Shown piece by piece: positions 23,196 to 36,167 of a DNA stretch of 64,000 bases. The stretch is from the NCBI RefSeq assembly GCF_028641065.1, contig NC_073400.1:29512001-29576000 (forward strand). Reading direction: 5' to 3'. Every line of letters begins with the position of its first letter. Position 1 is the first letter of the stretch. The position numbers and the translations under genes were made by a program. This DNA comes from Leucoraja erinacea (taxonomy: Eukaryota). A model generated the notes under the pieces. It made no database searches, was not told the DNA's origin, and worked only from the letters and a program-made list of their open reading frames with translations.

Positions 23196-25408
23196 GACTC
23201 GATGGGCTGAAGGGCCTGATTCCGCGCTGTATCTCTACACTAAACTAAACTAAACTAAACTAGTGGAAAGTCTATTCTTGTGCAGAACAAAATGGTTAAG
23301 TTACAGCTTGCAAAGGGCGGGGTGTGAAACTGCAAATACATTGTGTTGCTTTCCTCAGTCTGACTTGTGACTGTAACCCCGCCCATGAAAGAACTGTGAA
23401 GGATGTTGTTTGGAAATAAGAAATGGTGACCTGCAAAAATGAAGTAACCGCCATAAAGTTAGGAAAGATTCCAGGATTGCTTTGGGTAAAATGTCCCACT
23501 GACAAAGATAAATATTCTCCACATATTAAGCGGGGTGGGGGAGGGGAGGGGGGCTGGTGGGGGCGAGGAGATGAGACCAGAGGCTGTTTTGAACCCACAA
23601 ACCCCCAGGTCAGGGATATCAGAGAGGTGCTCAATATCCAGAGTTACTTGCAGATTCTGTGGTCACACTGATGCTGCCTGGCCCGTTCAAGTGGAGCTTG
23701 TTAATGGTCTAATCGGAGGAATGATCTTGAATTAGAGATTTTCCCCACTGCAAGACATCCCAAAGTGCCTCACAGATAGTGAGAGATAATCGGTCAGAGA
23801 TGCCACAGATGGACCCAAAATACTGGAGAAAATCAGCGGAATAGGCAGCATCACTGGAGGGAAAGAACGGGTGACATTTCGGATCGATGCCACTGTTGTT
23901 TTTAGCGATGGGTGCTGACTTGGAATGTACTTTAATCTAACAGCAGGACAAATTTGTTCAAACAGTCATTTAATTCTTTACACTGAATTGTTCTGCAGTG
24001 CTGACACTTTGTTCGCGCTGCTGAAACAAGGGTGTGTAGATTCGTATCTCTGAACCGCATCTTGCGAGCAGTTCGCTGTAACACTGTTTGCTGAGCAGTG
24101 TTTGCAGAAGTCATGGGTCAAAGGCGAATGAAGACATCATGTAATCGTTTTGCTGCATCGTCGGTTCCTCTCTGCAGTGTTTTAGTTGAGCAAGTAAACA
24201 GGAAATAGATCCCAACAAAAGATCCTTTACTGAGGGTCGCCAACGCTCAGCTAACATCAATTGCGGACACATCAGTGTGTTACACCCATACCACGTGATA
24301 CACAACATTGCCATTGATGTACACAACCCGAATAAACTGCACTGATCCCCTGTAATATAACACACCCAGAACGATAGCAGACAGCAGATGTTAGGATATA
24401 TTATAATGCAACTAGTTACCTACAGAATGAAATCGTTGCAAGCAGATGTACACAATCAGCCAATAGAATGCACGTGAACATAACTGATAATTTATTAGGT
24501 CTGCGTTGCAAAGAAGACAAGTTAACAATTCTATTCACCGTGCATATTCTCCCTTGCTTTAACTTCACTAAGTGTATCACTTTGCCCTTGTTTGAGTTAC
24601 ATTACACATGTCAGTTACATTCCACATCCCGCTTTCCCAGCTGATCTCCATCCTGTGGTAATTCTAAACAAAATTCTTCACAGTCCACTACACCATTAAT
24701 TGTCATTTACAAAACATGAATATCATGACAATAGTGTTTCAAAGTTGGAATTAAATAGTTGATGTAGAGAGAAGAGGCTCAAACTCCAATTAACCTCAGC
24801 TGATTTCGGGTCAAAAGCCCCTACTTCCTAACGCCAGCTTCCTGTCTTGTCACCGGCAATATGCCAAAACAAAAGTTCCAATGATTATATTTTTGATCTG
24901 CCGATCCACTTACAAAATCATCAAGAGGGAATGATCCGGAAGTGTACACATCTTAGAAGTATCTACTCTTCTAAATGTCGTATTTTAATCAACGTGTCAT
25001 TGTTTACATGAAGGGTCCCGACCCGAAACGTCACCTATCAATTTTCTCCAGAGGTGCTGCCTGGCCCGCAGAGTTGCTCCTATCACTATTCAGCGTTCAC
25101 AGACTCTGAGTACAGAGATAACCGCCGCTCCATTCTTATGGATACATCACACTTGACGAAGTGGGTGAAGCAGCTGTAATACCAACGTGTATTGGGCACT
25201 TGGACAGGTCCGTAGATAGGGAAGGTTTGGGGAGATATGGATCGAGCGTGGACAAATTTGACCAACTTAGATGAGCATATTGGTTTAACGCGTTGGGGAG
25301 AAGGGCTTGGTTCCTGCTGTATGATTCTGTGATCATCTGACCCAACCATTTGTTAAATATAACCCTGAGCCTTTCACACTGCATCGTGTCGAGCTGCTAC
25401 TGGCTCGC

Positions 25409-25446
25409 TGTGGTTCACGATGTGACTTCCTGTGCCCTTCTTCCTC
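25409..25446 (+). promoter_or_regulatory. Candidate TATA-less haematopoietic promoter of gene 3 (RUNX, ETS and PU.1-type motifs)
   Basis: TGTGGTT 25409-25415, ACTTCCTG 25425-25432 and TTCCTC 25441-25446 cluster 80-115 nt upstream of the ATG; motif match only. Confidence 0.45.
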
Positions 25447-25523
25447 ATTGCTATTTGAGAGATGCGGGTGTATCTGAGAGCACAGAGCTGAGCGACAGGC
25501 AGACGAGTGCTGGCCTTGTCACT

Positions 25524-25572
25524 ATGGATAAAACAATGTGGATTCCCATTCTTCTCATCTCTTCGCTACCCG
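25524..25572 (+). CDS. Gene 3 leader exon MDKTMWIPILLISSLP
   Basis: Hydrophobic signal peptide, CCCG|gtgagt donor, second in-frame ATG at 25536. Confidence 0.88.
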
Positions 25573-28500
25573 GTGAGTGAAAGCCAGATCTTGACATTCC
25601 AATGAGCAATGTTAGTTGGGGTCCCGTGCACCCTTTCCACAGCAGAGATGGTTAAGTGTGTGTAGACATGTAATGGGGGAAATGGAAGTCAGTGCATTGT
25701 GGTGATGGATCTGAATTCACATTTGAATATCTAGACTTTGTTCGAGTATTGATGAAAGGCATAAAATAGCGAATACATTTGGAGCAGATACTCCAGCATT
25801 ACCAGGAAGTTAATTCTACACTAACAAAATGTGTTTAAAACTGAGGAGGAAGTCACGAATGTGGACTCATTGTGTCAGTTCAAATATTCCCCTGCATTTG
25901 TCCAACTCAACTTTGTCGTAAACCCAACAATTCCCCGGAGTCTTAAACTGATCCACGGTCCTCGCTCTATCCACCCACTCCCAACTCTCTCTCCATCCTC
26001 TCTCTCGTCCGCGGCCCAATCGTACTGAAAGGTCCAAGGCGAGCCGGGGTCATTGGGAATAGAACATGGCCCAGATGAGCAGCGGGTTCCAAATTCAGTT
26101 TAGTTTATTGTCACGTGTACCGAAGTAGAGTGTTTTTGTTGCGAGCTAACTCAGCCAGCAGAAAGACAATCCATGATTGTTATCGATCATCTTACAGTGC
26201 ATATATACATGAAAAGGAAGTAACGTTTAGTGTAAGGTAAAGCCAGCAAAGTCCGATCAAAGGTAGTCCGAGGGTCATCAGAGAGGTAGATGGGAGTTCA
26301 GCACCGCTCTCTGTTTGTGGTAGGATGATTGAGATGCCTGATAACAGCCGGGATGAAACTGTCCCTGAATCTGGCGGTGTGCGTGTTCACGCTAGTAACG
26401 CTCTCCAGTAAGGGACCCGCTTTATTGTAACCCGTCCGTCCTCTGTCCTCAGTCAGGGCGTTGTAAAGGCAGTGAATGTCTAAACACGGGTCCGGCCCAG
26501 TGTCGGTTGAGAGATGAATGTTGGCAACGCAGCCGGCGGCACCGCCAATGAAATAGCAAAGTGGGGAATTTCTGTGAGAGGCCGGGCACCGCCTGGGATT
26601 GTTGAAAGGCAGCTCCTGCAACACTGTCGCGCTCCCTCAGTACCGCACTGCGATCCCAGCCCAGTTTCCGTTCGGGGATCTGGAGTGGGAAGTGAACCCT
26701 AATTGTACGGACCCGGGGACAGAACACTGACACAACTGGTTCAATAACAGCACTGCCTGTACTTTAGACCGGAGACATTGGCCGTGAAGCAATATGACAC
26801 ATCATGGAACGTCTTAAGTTTTCTTTCATGCAATCTTCAAAAATGTATCTATTTCCATTAAGCAGTTCATTTGCTCTCCATCTGAAAGTTTCTCCCCTCA
26901 GTTTCAGGTGCAATGCGGGGAGAGAGGGAGGTAAGAGGAGTTGTGGGAAGAGCGATCACAATCGATTGTCACTATGAACAATGGTACCGCTCATACACAA
27001 AATACTGGTGCCGTGGGTGGACTATCCAATGTACAGTTTTAGCGGATACAAATGGACAACACGGACGGAGTGAAAGAGTGTCAATCACAGATAACCCGGC
27101 ACGAGGAATATTTACTGTGACTGTGGAGGATCTTCAGTCTGGAGATACAGGATGGTACAGATGTGGAATTCATACAGATGGCACGGATCCATACTTTAAC
27201 GTATATCTCCAAGTATCTGACGGTACGTTTCGCAGCGATTGACTTGAAGTCTCCACTGAAATGCCTGATTCATGTTTTCTCCGGGAAGTGTCACTTCAAG
27301 TGGGATGCTCAGCACATGTTCCTGCCGCTGAACTGTAAAAAAAAGTCACCCTGTCAGAGGTTTGCATTCCCACTCAAACTAATGATCCGACAGGTACAGA
27401 TCAGTGACAAACAAGTGTTGCTCGTGGTCTGAACACCCGGAGAAACATAAACAGGGAATGTGTCCCCAGAACTCAACAGACTGCGTTCAGTGATCGCGGG
27501 GCAGAGCAGCCCGCTCCCCGCCCCCACCTCAGGGATCAGTCACTTCCTCCCCACATCGCACGCTCCCTCTCCCTCTGCCCCGTCAATGCGCCCCCACCCC
27601 CAGCAGCCACTGTCCACCCACCGCCCGGCAGCCAGCCAGCCTCTCCACCCGGACATTTCCCTGGTGGTAAGGAGAATAAATTCATCTTTCGCCCCATCAG
27701 CCGTCGCACACAGTATATAATCCTCCAACATTTTCGCCACTTCCATCGGAATCCCACATCTAGCCACATATTCCCATCTCCACCGCTTTCTCCTCTCCGA
27801 AGAGACCGTTCCCTCCGCAACTCCCTGGTCAACTCGTCCTTTCCCACCCAAACCACCCCGTCCCCAGGTACCTACAACTGCAGCAGATGCAACACCTGGC
27901 CCTATACCTCCTCTGTTCACTCCGACTAAGGACTCCAACAGTCTTTTCGGGTGAAGCAGCGGTTCACTTGAATCTTCTCTAAACTCTTCTACTATATCCG
28001 CTGTTCCATGTGTGAACAAGATGGGAGACCAAGCGCAGACTCGGCGATCGTTTCGCTGAACAACTGCGCTCAGTCTGCCTCGGCCTACGCTAATTTCCGT
28101 TTGCTAAACACTAACTCCCCCTCCCATTCCCAAACTTACCTTTCTGTCCTGGACCTCCTCCACTGTCAGAGTGAGGCCAAACGCAAATTGGAGGAACAGC
28201 GCCTCATATTTCGCTTTGGCAGCTTACAACCCAGCGGTTTAAATATTGACTTCTCAAACTTCAAGTAACCGTTGTTTTACCCCTGTCTCAATCCCGCCCT
28301 AGTTCTCCATTTACATTCACTGTCCTCTTCATTATATTTTACAGATTGTGTGCCTCGTTGTCACCTTCCCTTCGTCTGACAATGATCCATTCTGCATTTC
28401 CGTTTAACATTGTCAACTTTTAGCACTTGTTTTCCCTCCTTACTCTTCCATTACTATTCTGTCACCCTAGACTTGACTCTCAGGCTGAAGAAGGGTCCCG

Positions 28501-31500
28501 ACCCGATTCTTCACCCATTCTTTCTCTCGAGAGATGCTGCCTGCTCCACTATGATACTCCAGCCTTGTGTGTCTAGCTTAAAGGGATCGTTATTAGTTTT
28601 GGCCTTTAATTTCCAAGGCATTGAATGGGGTTTTTGGTACGCTGCTCTTCATCAGTGAGACCATTCAGAACATAATCTGAGATAATCTGCTTCAGACGTG
28701 CAGATGTTGAGTCCACACTTTGGGAATTGTGTTCAGCTTTAGTCCCTCAGCTCCAAGAAAAGTGCCGTTGAGGTGGACAGCGTGCAGAAAGGTTTTAGGG
28801 CGACGCTGCCTGGACAGGGTGGGATTGACGCAGGGAGCGATTGGACAAACTCAGACTTCATTCCTTGGTGTGGAAATGATTGAGCGAGGAACTTATAGAA
28901 CTGTATCAATCACGAGAAGCATGTTCATTTTCCCACGATATGTGGGATGAGGAAGTGGAGGACAGAGGTAATGGGAACTATTTAAAGAGGGGAGAATAGT
29001 AAGGTGTCACTTACTGTAATGGCATGTTTTGTACAGATGAGTGGCCGAAGCTGAACACAAATCGCCAAGTTCGACCTCAACAATATATGTACAACTGAAA
29101 CATAACATCCCAACTTCTGTTCTGAGGGACAACATTCGCTACACATTGGGTGATATTTATATGGAACCTGCTGGCAGAGGAAGTTGTTGAGGCAGTTAGA
29201 ATAATAGCATTTAAAATACATTTTGGACAGTTGCGTAGATTGGGATCATTGCGAGTGATAAAGGAGAAACGTGGACATATGGAAATGGCCAAAAAGACAT
29301 GTTGGTCGGCATGAATGAGCTGTTGTGATGGGCATCTTTCGGTACTCTATACCTCTAACCTTCTTCGATTTGTGGGCTTCGCACACTCACAGAGATGTAG
29401 ATGAGCCGGTGAGATATCAACTAGACGGTTCGGGCTGAGATAAAGGGCTGCTGAGATTTAGCATGTGTTTGGTGTATAACTGTTCATACAGGTGACTGAA
29501 TGTTTGCTCCATTCCCACAGAACCAGTGTCTGCTCCTATGCTCAGATATCTGTCACCAGCAAATGCCTCACGTCTCGGAGGCTCAGTGTCAGTGTCGTGT
29601 GAGTCTGTCAGTGGATCCCTTCCCATCAATTACACATGGTGTGAGAAGAACGAGCATCGGTGTTCAACGATCTTGTCTGGCAATCAATTGGATCTGAGTT
29701 GTGAAATCCTCAGAGGTCAACATCGTCAATATTACTGCACAGCCACAAATAATCGTGGGATAAAACCCAGTGAAATACTCAACGTGAATGTCTCCAATGG
29801 AGAAGGAACGTGCAGTTATGTGACAGAAATCAACAATGCAGGTGAGTGTTAACTCATTCACCCTTGGGTGAACCATTCAGCAGTTTAAGAAGCACTGGCC
29901 TAGGCCACAGTTTCGCTGAACACTTGTGCTTGGTTTGTCATGACCCATAATCGCGCTTGAAAGACACTCCATTCTGAACCTCCCCCGCAGATGCAGAGCA
30001 GCAGCAGTTTACACCATCTGCACGATGCACTGCAGCAACTCACCAAGACTCCCTAGACAGCGCCTTCCAATTGCAACGGGCTCCGTGTCCAATGCATCAT
30101 TCTTCACCATTCACACCCACATTGGCTGGGAAGCGCTTTGGAACGACCTGTGCAGATGGTGAGGGACAGTGTACAGTATCTGTCTCTCATCGCAATCTAG
30201 GTGGAATTTAACACAGCTAAGAAAATGATTGGGCGGACTCCCTTGTATACTAGAATGTGCATGTTTGTGAAAGGCTAATTTTGCTCTTCAATTTATCAAA
30301 TATGTTTCCTTCAGTTTCAGGTGCACTGTGGGCGGAGAGTGATGTAAGAGGGGTTGTGGGAAGAGCGATCACAATCGATTGTCACTATGCAGCAGTGTAC
30401 CGCTCACACACAAAATACTGGTGCCGTGGGACAAGTCGCCAGTGTACACATGTAGGTGAAACAAATGGGAAGAGCGGAAAGGCGTCAATCACAGATAACC
30501 CGGCACGAGGAATATTTACTGTGACTGTGGAGGATCTTCACTCTGGAGATACAGGATGGTACAGATGTGGAATTACTACATCTGGCGAACCAACATTTAA
30601 AGTATATCTCCAAGTATCTGAAGGTAGGTTTCTCAATGAGTGACTTTATGTCTCCACTTTGGCAACGCATAAAACATTTGTTAGGTGGGAGTCTGGTGCA
30701 CAGTTCTGGTCGCCGCTTTATAAAACAAAAGATGTGGAAGGTTTGGAGAGGTTACAGAAAAGGTCACCGGGATATTTAGTTGTAGTTTACAAATGCAACA
30801 TGGAAACGGATCCTTCGGCCCACCGAGTCCACACCGACTGGCGATCACCGGTCACACTAGTTCTATGTTATTCCACTTCCCCATTCGCTCCCTACACACA
30901 ATTCTACAATACCGCCATTCACACACCTCATTAGTGCAACATTATCACCATCAACAATTTTATGCAAGGAAATTAAAACGTTGTTGAGAGTGATACTTTT
31001 GCACTAATGGGGTGTTTGACAGGGAATTTGGCTGTCGCTTTGAAATGTAGCATCTGAGTAGCTGACATTGTCCCCATCTGTACTGGAGTGTGTCCATGTC
31101 GATTCCCTTCAAAATTGCGCTCCAGCATACACAGTTTGATTTTAATTAGACAAATGGGCAGCATCCTTGTTGTTTTCAATGTCTAACAGTGTTGCATAAA
31201 CGATGCTCCCTTTTCCTGCTGGTAATTCCTGAAATGTATAAGAGAATCCAAGATGTGTCTGATGATTTGTCTGATTTGTGTTCAGTTTTAGTTGGATAGG
31301 GTGCAGAATAGATTTACAAGGATGTTGCGATGACTTGAGGGCCTGACTTCGATGGACGGGATATAGACAATAGACAATAGAAAATTGAGCAGACTAGGAC
31401 ATTATTTCTTGGAGCGCAGTAGGAAGAAGGATGATCTTATGGCAGCTACAAAATCATGTGATGAATAGATCGAGTAAATGCACAGTCTTTTGCCCCGAGT

Positions 31501-34500
31501 AGGGGAATCGAGAACCAGAGGACATAGTTTTAAGATGAGGGGGGAATGATTTAACAAGAACCTGGGGAGTAACGTTTTTACACAAAAGTTGGTAGGTATA
31601 TGAAACGAACAGCCGACAGATGTAGTTATGGCAGGTACTATCACAACATTTAAGAATAATTTGGACAGGAACATGAATAGTATAAGTTTAGAGGGTCAAG
31701 GGCCAAGCAAGGGCAGGTTGAACTAGTGCAGATTGGGCGTGTTGGTCAGTGCGGGCAGGTTTGACTGAGGGGCCTGTTTCTACACTGTACGACTGTGATT
31801 CTATGTAGATGGATGGGTCAGATTCCAACCGGGCGGCTCTGGCTAAGATACAGAGATGGTGGATATTGGCGAGTGTTTGATTTTATGATGTTCACTCAGT
31901 GTCTGACTGTTTGCTCCTTTCCCACAGAACCCGTGTCTGTTCCTGTGCTTGGATTTCTGTCACCAGCCGATGTCTCCTGTTTCGGGGGCTCAGTGACAGT
32001 GTCATGTGAGTCGGTCCGGGGATCGCTTCCCATTAACTACACCTGGTATGAAAAGACCCCATCTGGGGATTCAAAGATCTCAGACAACAATGCCCTGGGT
32101 CTACATTGTCAATCCTTCAAACATCAGCACCATCAATATTTCTGCACAGCCTCAAATCAACATGGATCAAAATCCAGTGAAATGGTCAACATGTCCATCT
32201 CCAGCAGTGACGTGCCCTGTAGTTTCCAGGTGAAAATCAACGGCACTGGTAAGTAGTGAAGGGAATGGGAAAAGAAGGGGAAGTGCGGTGGGGTGGTTCA
32301 TAAAATCACAAGTGATAGAAGCAGAAATAGACCATTCAATCATGGCTGATCTATCTTCCCCTCTTCACCCCATTCTCCTGCCTTCTCCCCAAACCCCCGA
32401 CACTCTGAAATCCATGCACATTATTTAATTAATTTATCAAGATTAAAATGATGGAGTTATGGCCCATTTGTCAATACTTTATTGCTGGGCTCCAGAAACA
32501 GTTTTCACAGAGCTGGTGTAGGCCAGCTTCCCGGCTAGAACTTCCTCTTATGTTTACACAGCTGTAAACTAGGTTTGCAGTGACATCAGTCCAAGCACTT
32601 TCACTTTCCATCATCTCCACATGACCGACACTCAAATATGGGAAGGGAACAGAAATTATCCGTAAATGTGGCCACAGTTAACTTCTAGACTATCAGATTT
32701 GGTCCACTGTGTTACCATTAAGTACCATCGATACTTATCCCATTTTTACCAGCCGCTCACCCATAGTCTTCTTAGATTTGGCAATTCAAGTGCCCTCACC
32801 ATCTCAGTTTAAAAATATTTCTTGCTCTGATACCCTCCAAATATTCTACTGCTCAACCCAACCCTATGTTCTCCATTTCTATGCACATCTGCTGTGCTGA
32901 TTTCCCACGAAATACCCTATCTATGTTCCTCATAGCTTTGCACACCTGCAATAGCTTCCTCATTCCTCTCCTGTGTGGAATAAAAGTCCCATCTATCCAG
33001 TTTAGTTTAGAGATCCAGCGTGGAAGCAGCTGCCTTTCACCGGTACACAAATTCTACAATTAGGAGCAATTCAAAACTAAGGGACAATTTACAGAAGCCA
33101 ATTAATCTACAAACCTACACGTCTTTAGTTTAGAGATACAGCGCGGAAACAATCCCGTTGGCCCACCGGGTCCGCGCCGACCAGCAAGGACCCGCCGACC
33201 TGAGATCCATCCCCACATATTAACACCATCCTACACCCACTAGGGATCATTTTTACATTTACCAAACCAATGTAACCTACAAACCTGCACGTCTTTGGAG
33301 TGTGGGAGGAAACTGAAGATCTCGGCGAAAACCCACGCAGGTCACGGGGAGAACGTACACACTCCGTATAGACAGCACCCGTAGTCGGGATCGAACTTGG
33401 GCTGCATTCGTTGGCAGCAACTCTACCACTGTGCTGCCGTATTGGTGGCGACCTGAGTTGTAACCAGTGCTCCAGCTTATCTTGACAACATCTCCCATTT
33501 GCTGCAAATTACAATGAAGAAACATTGCCCTGTCTATTAAGCCTATAAACTCTTTACATCGGACAATCATGCTCTCTTGTTCAACTGCAAGCAAAAAGCA
33601 GTGAAACTGATTTTTATTTCCTTGTTCCAACAGGACCTGAATATTCTTGTGAAACTTCGAAAGGATCCGAAGATTCTTCAAGGTAAACTACTCTGTTTCC
33701 AATGAAAGGTGCTATATACTAATTGCTGGTGTTTTGATTGTGATTGCTTCAATTGGGAAATTGGGAGAGTTGTGTCTTCCGTTCACTGGCATTAAAGGCC
33801 AGTTGGAGTATTGATCTGAATACACAGTGACACAGCCAGTAGAATCACAGCCTCACAATGCCAGGACACTGATCTTATGACCTTATTCTATAATAATATA
33901 AGTATATAATTTGAAACCAGATAATACTTAACAAATCAGAAGGGAAATTGCACTGGTTTACATCTCATTGTGTTGTGTACATGCTTGGGTGATAAGAACA
34001 AATTCCTCCATTTGTTGCCCTTCAGAGGACGTTCCCTGCAGTATTCACCATGACGTCTCCATCACTAACCTCATCCCATGGTGTGAGATGAGTATAGTTG
34101 TCAAACCCAAGTATTGTTGTTTTGCCTTGCTGTGACCTGCTCTAGTGTGATACTGATAGGAAAATGCATAGTGAATTATGGGCTAAAACTTTGATATCAC
34201 TTTTGGCATGACCTTGCTGAGTTGGTCAAAGTCTCAATGTCAGTCACTCCAACAGCAGGAAGTGTCTCCACCTAGAACGTGACCCTGGGAGGGAGGCATG
34301 TTAGGTCACACTGCTGACCTTGAGATGGTTATGGTGAGTCACCTTCTGGATATGTTCAAGGTTTGTAGGTTAATTGACTTCTGTAAAGTGTCTCTAATGT
34401 TTAGCGTAGATCTAGTGTATAGGGATTGCTGGCCGATGAAGACTTGGTGTGCCGAAAAGCCTGTTTCCATGCTGTACCTCTAAACTAAACTAAACTAAAT

Positions 34501-36167
34501 CAAACTCAGCTGAACTAAACTAAACTAATCATTGCAAACAAGTGTTTAACAGTTCCCACGCATCTTTCCTTAATGGTTGGACGCAATTGCTCTTCAACCA
34601 ATTTCACGATCGTTGGCCAATGTCACCTTACTGAGAGCAGATTAGTTGCTGCATTACCCACCGAAACAGACTCTTCATTTCCTTTGCTTCACACTTCAAA
34701 AAAATCATGAAAGGTGCCGTATAAATGCTTGACTTGTGTTCTTTACTGAAGGCCAAGAATCAATGATGAGCCATACCTCACCCTTCCCTATTCTCTGTCT
34801 GACAGGATCATTTACATAGTTGCGTCTGGTGTCACTGTGCTTCTCCTGATTCTCATCATTGCCTTCTTTTGGTACCGAAAGCGTAAAACCAAGGGTGAGT
34901 TTTTGATTTCCCTTAAATAATTTCACAATACATGCCTCGGTTCCTTGCAGAATGTCAAGAGATTTAATTATGTTCTAATCAACAAATGCCCTGCATTAAA
35001 GTAATAAAGTGTAGGAGGAAGCATGAATGATCAATAATGCTATCATGTTTGATGCTATCATTGTGAGTCGGTGACAATAAATGTTGTTTTAACATCATTG
35101 CACAGAAACTGTCTGACCTTATATTTAGGAGTACCTCCAAAATAAAAGGTCTTCCACATAACATGTAGATGTTTCTGTGTGTTGGAAGGAACTGCCGATG
35201 CTGGTTTACAATGAAGATAAACACAAAATGCTCAAACAATTCAGCGGGTCAGGGTGCGCCTCTCCAGAAGAGGAATGGGTGAGGTTTAGAGTCGAGACCC
35301 TTCTTCAGACTGAGAGTCAGGGGAAAGGGAAATGAGAGATCTAGAAGGTACATAGAACAAATGAATGAAATATGTGAATGAATGATGTTTAAACCTGTTC
35401 CTGATATGGCTCTATCGACATCATATTTTGCAGAATCCAAGTGCAATACATCACGCGGTGAAGACAACAATGAAACCCAGGTAAAAATGGGAGGTATAAA
35501 TTCTCTGAGTGTTGAAGAATATAGAACATTGAATTATCTGTGTTTACACAGGTCGTTTAGCAACACCAGTCCACTCCAGTTAAGAGATCCATTGCAGAAG
35601 CACGCCCTTCGGCCCACAGAGTCCACGCTGCCCGGAGAACCCTGCACACTAACACTATCCTACACACACTAGGGGCAATTTGCACTTATGCCAAACTATT
35701 TAAACTACAAACCTGTTGTAGGCGCTGTCAGGCAACAACTCTACCGCTGCTCCACCATGCTGTGCTATCGTTGTGTTGTAAACAGCAGCAAATAGCTTGT
35801 ACTGTACACTGAACAACTATTTTGTAATAGACATCTGTTGAGGACCTATCAGCTCTATTAGGTTGTAAAATTGAATTTTGTTATATTTTAGGAAATGACA
35901 GCGTTGGAAGGGACCGACATTTATGCAAATCTGCAGCAACCTGGAAACAACAGGGCAGGTGGCCATTTGGATAACAATGAAGGTGGAATCACGTATGCAG
36001 TGGTGAATTGTCAAAGGAAGTCGAGATCAAGGGAGCATGTGACTGACAACGCTGTCGTCTACGCAGATGTCAATTTTCATCGCAACTGCCCAAAGGGCAA
36101 TCGGAAACCCCACTCTACTGGGACTCCAGAGAACACTGAGTCAATCTATGCCTCTGTTGTTTCTTAG
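25524..36167 (+). CDS. Gene 3: complete CD300/pIgR-like (MDIR-like) inhibitory receptor, L-V1-C2a-V2-C2b-stalk-TM-cyt, 593 aa
   Basis: join(25524-25572,26902-27222,29521-29841,30315-30623,31928-32248,33634-33682,34806-34894,35434-35480,35892-36167) = 1782 nt; all GT-AG, phases 1,1,1,1,1,2,1,0. Confidence 0.9.
26902..27222 (+). CDS. Gene 3 V1 exon
   Basis: ITIDCHY...KYWCRGWTIQC...DTGWYRCG; GACG|gtacgt donor. Confidence 0.93.
27660..28580 (+). mobile_element. Degenerate Penelope-like element (GIY-YIG region + pseudo-LTR) in the V1-C2a intron; paralogous copy ~44355-46130
   Basis: LSVLDLLHCQSEAKRKLEEQRLIFRFGSLQPSGLNIDFSNFK; ctgaagaagggtcccgaccc motif. Confidence 0.8.
29521..29841 (+). CDS. Gene 3 C2a exon
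   Basis: 321-nt phase 1-1 Ig exon, paralog of 842-1162. Confidence 0.9.
30315..30623 (+). CDS. Gene 3 V2 exon
   Basis: Paralog of 1637-1945; intact frame and splice sites. Confidence 0.92.
31020..31228 (-). pseudogene. Inverted fossil ITIM exon, gene 3 copy (partly deleted)
   Basis: Near-identical to 2535-2745, including the acceptor and both stop codons. Confidence 0.6.
31928..32248 (+). CDS. Gene 3 C2b exon
   Basis: 321-nt phase 1-1 Ig exon. Confidence 0.9.
33634..33682 (+). CDS. Gene 3 stalk exon GPEYSCETSKGSEDSSR
   Basis: 49 nt, phase 1-2, bridges C2b to the TM frame. Confidence 0.82.
34806..34894 (+). CDS. Gene 3 neutral TM exon IIYIVASGVTVLLLILIIAFFWYRKRKTK
   Basis: ctgacag| acceptor, AAGG|gtgagt donor; uncharged hydrophobic helix followed by a basic stop-transfer. 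Confidence 0.92.
35434..35480 (+). CDS. Gene 3 cytoplasmic exon 1 ESKCNTSRGEDNNETQ
   Basis: ttttgcag| acceptor, CAG|gtaaaa donor, phase 1-0. Confidence 0.82.
35892..36167 (+). CDS. Gene 3 terminal exon with ITIMs (ITYAVV, VVYADV, SIYASV) and a YANL motif
   Basis: ttttag|GAA acceptor in phase 0; three matches to (S/I/V/L)xYxx(I/V/L); TAG stop. Confidence 0.92.
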   Translation, partial: EMTALEGTDIYANLQQPGNNRAGGHLDNNEGGITYAVVNCQRKSRSREHVTDNAVVYADVNFHRNCPKGNRKPHSTGTPENTESIYASVVS

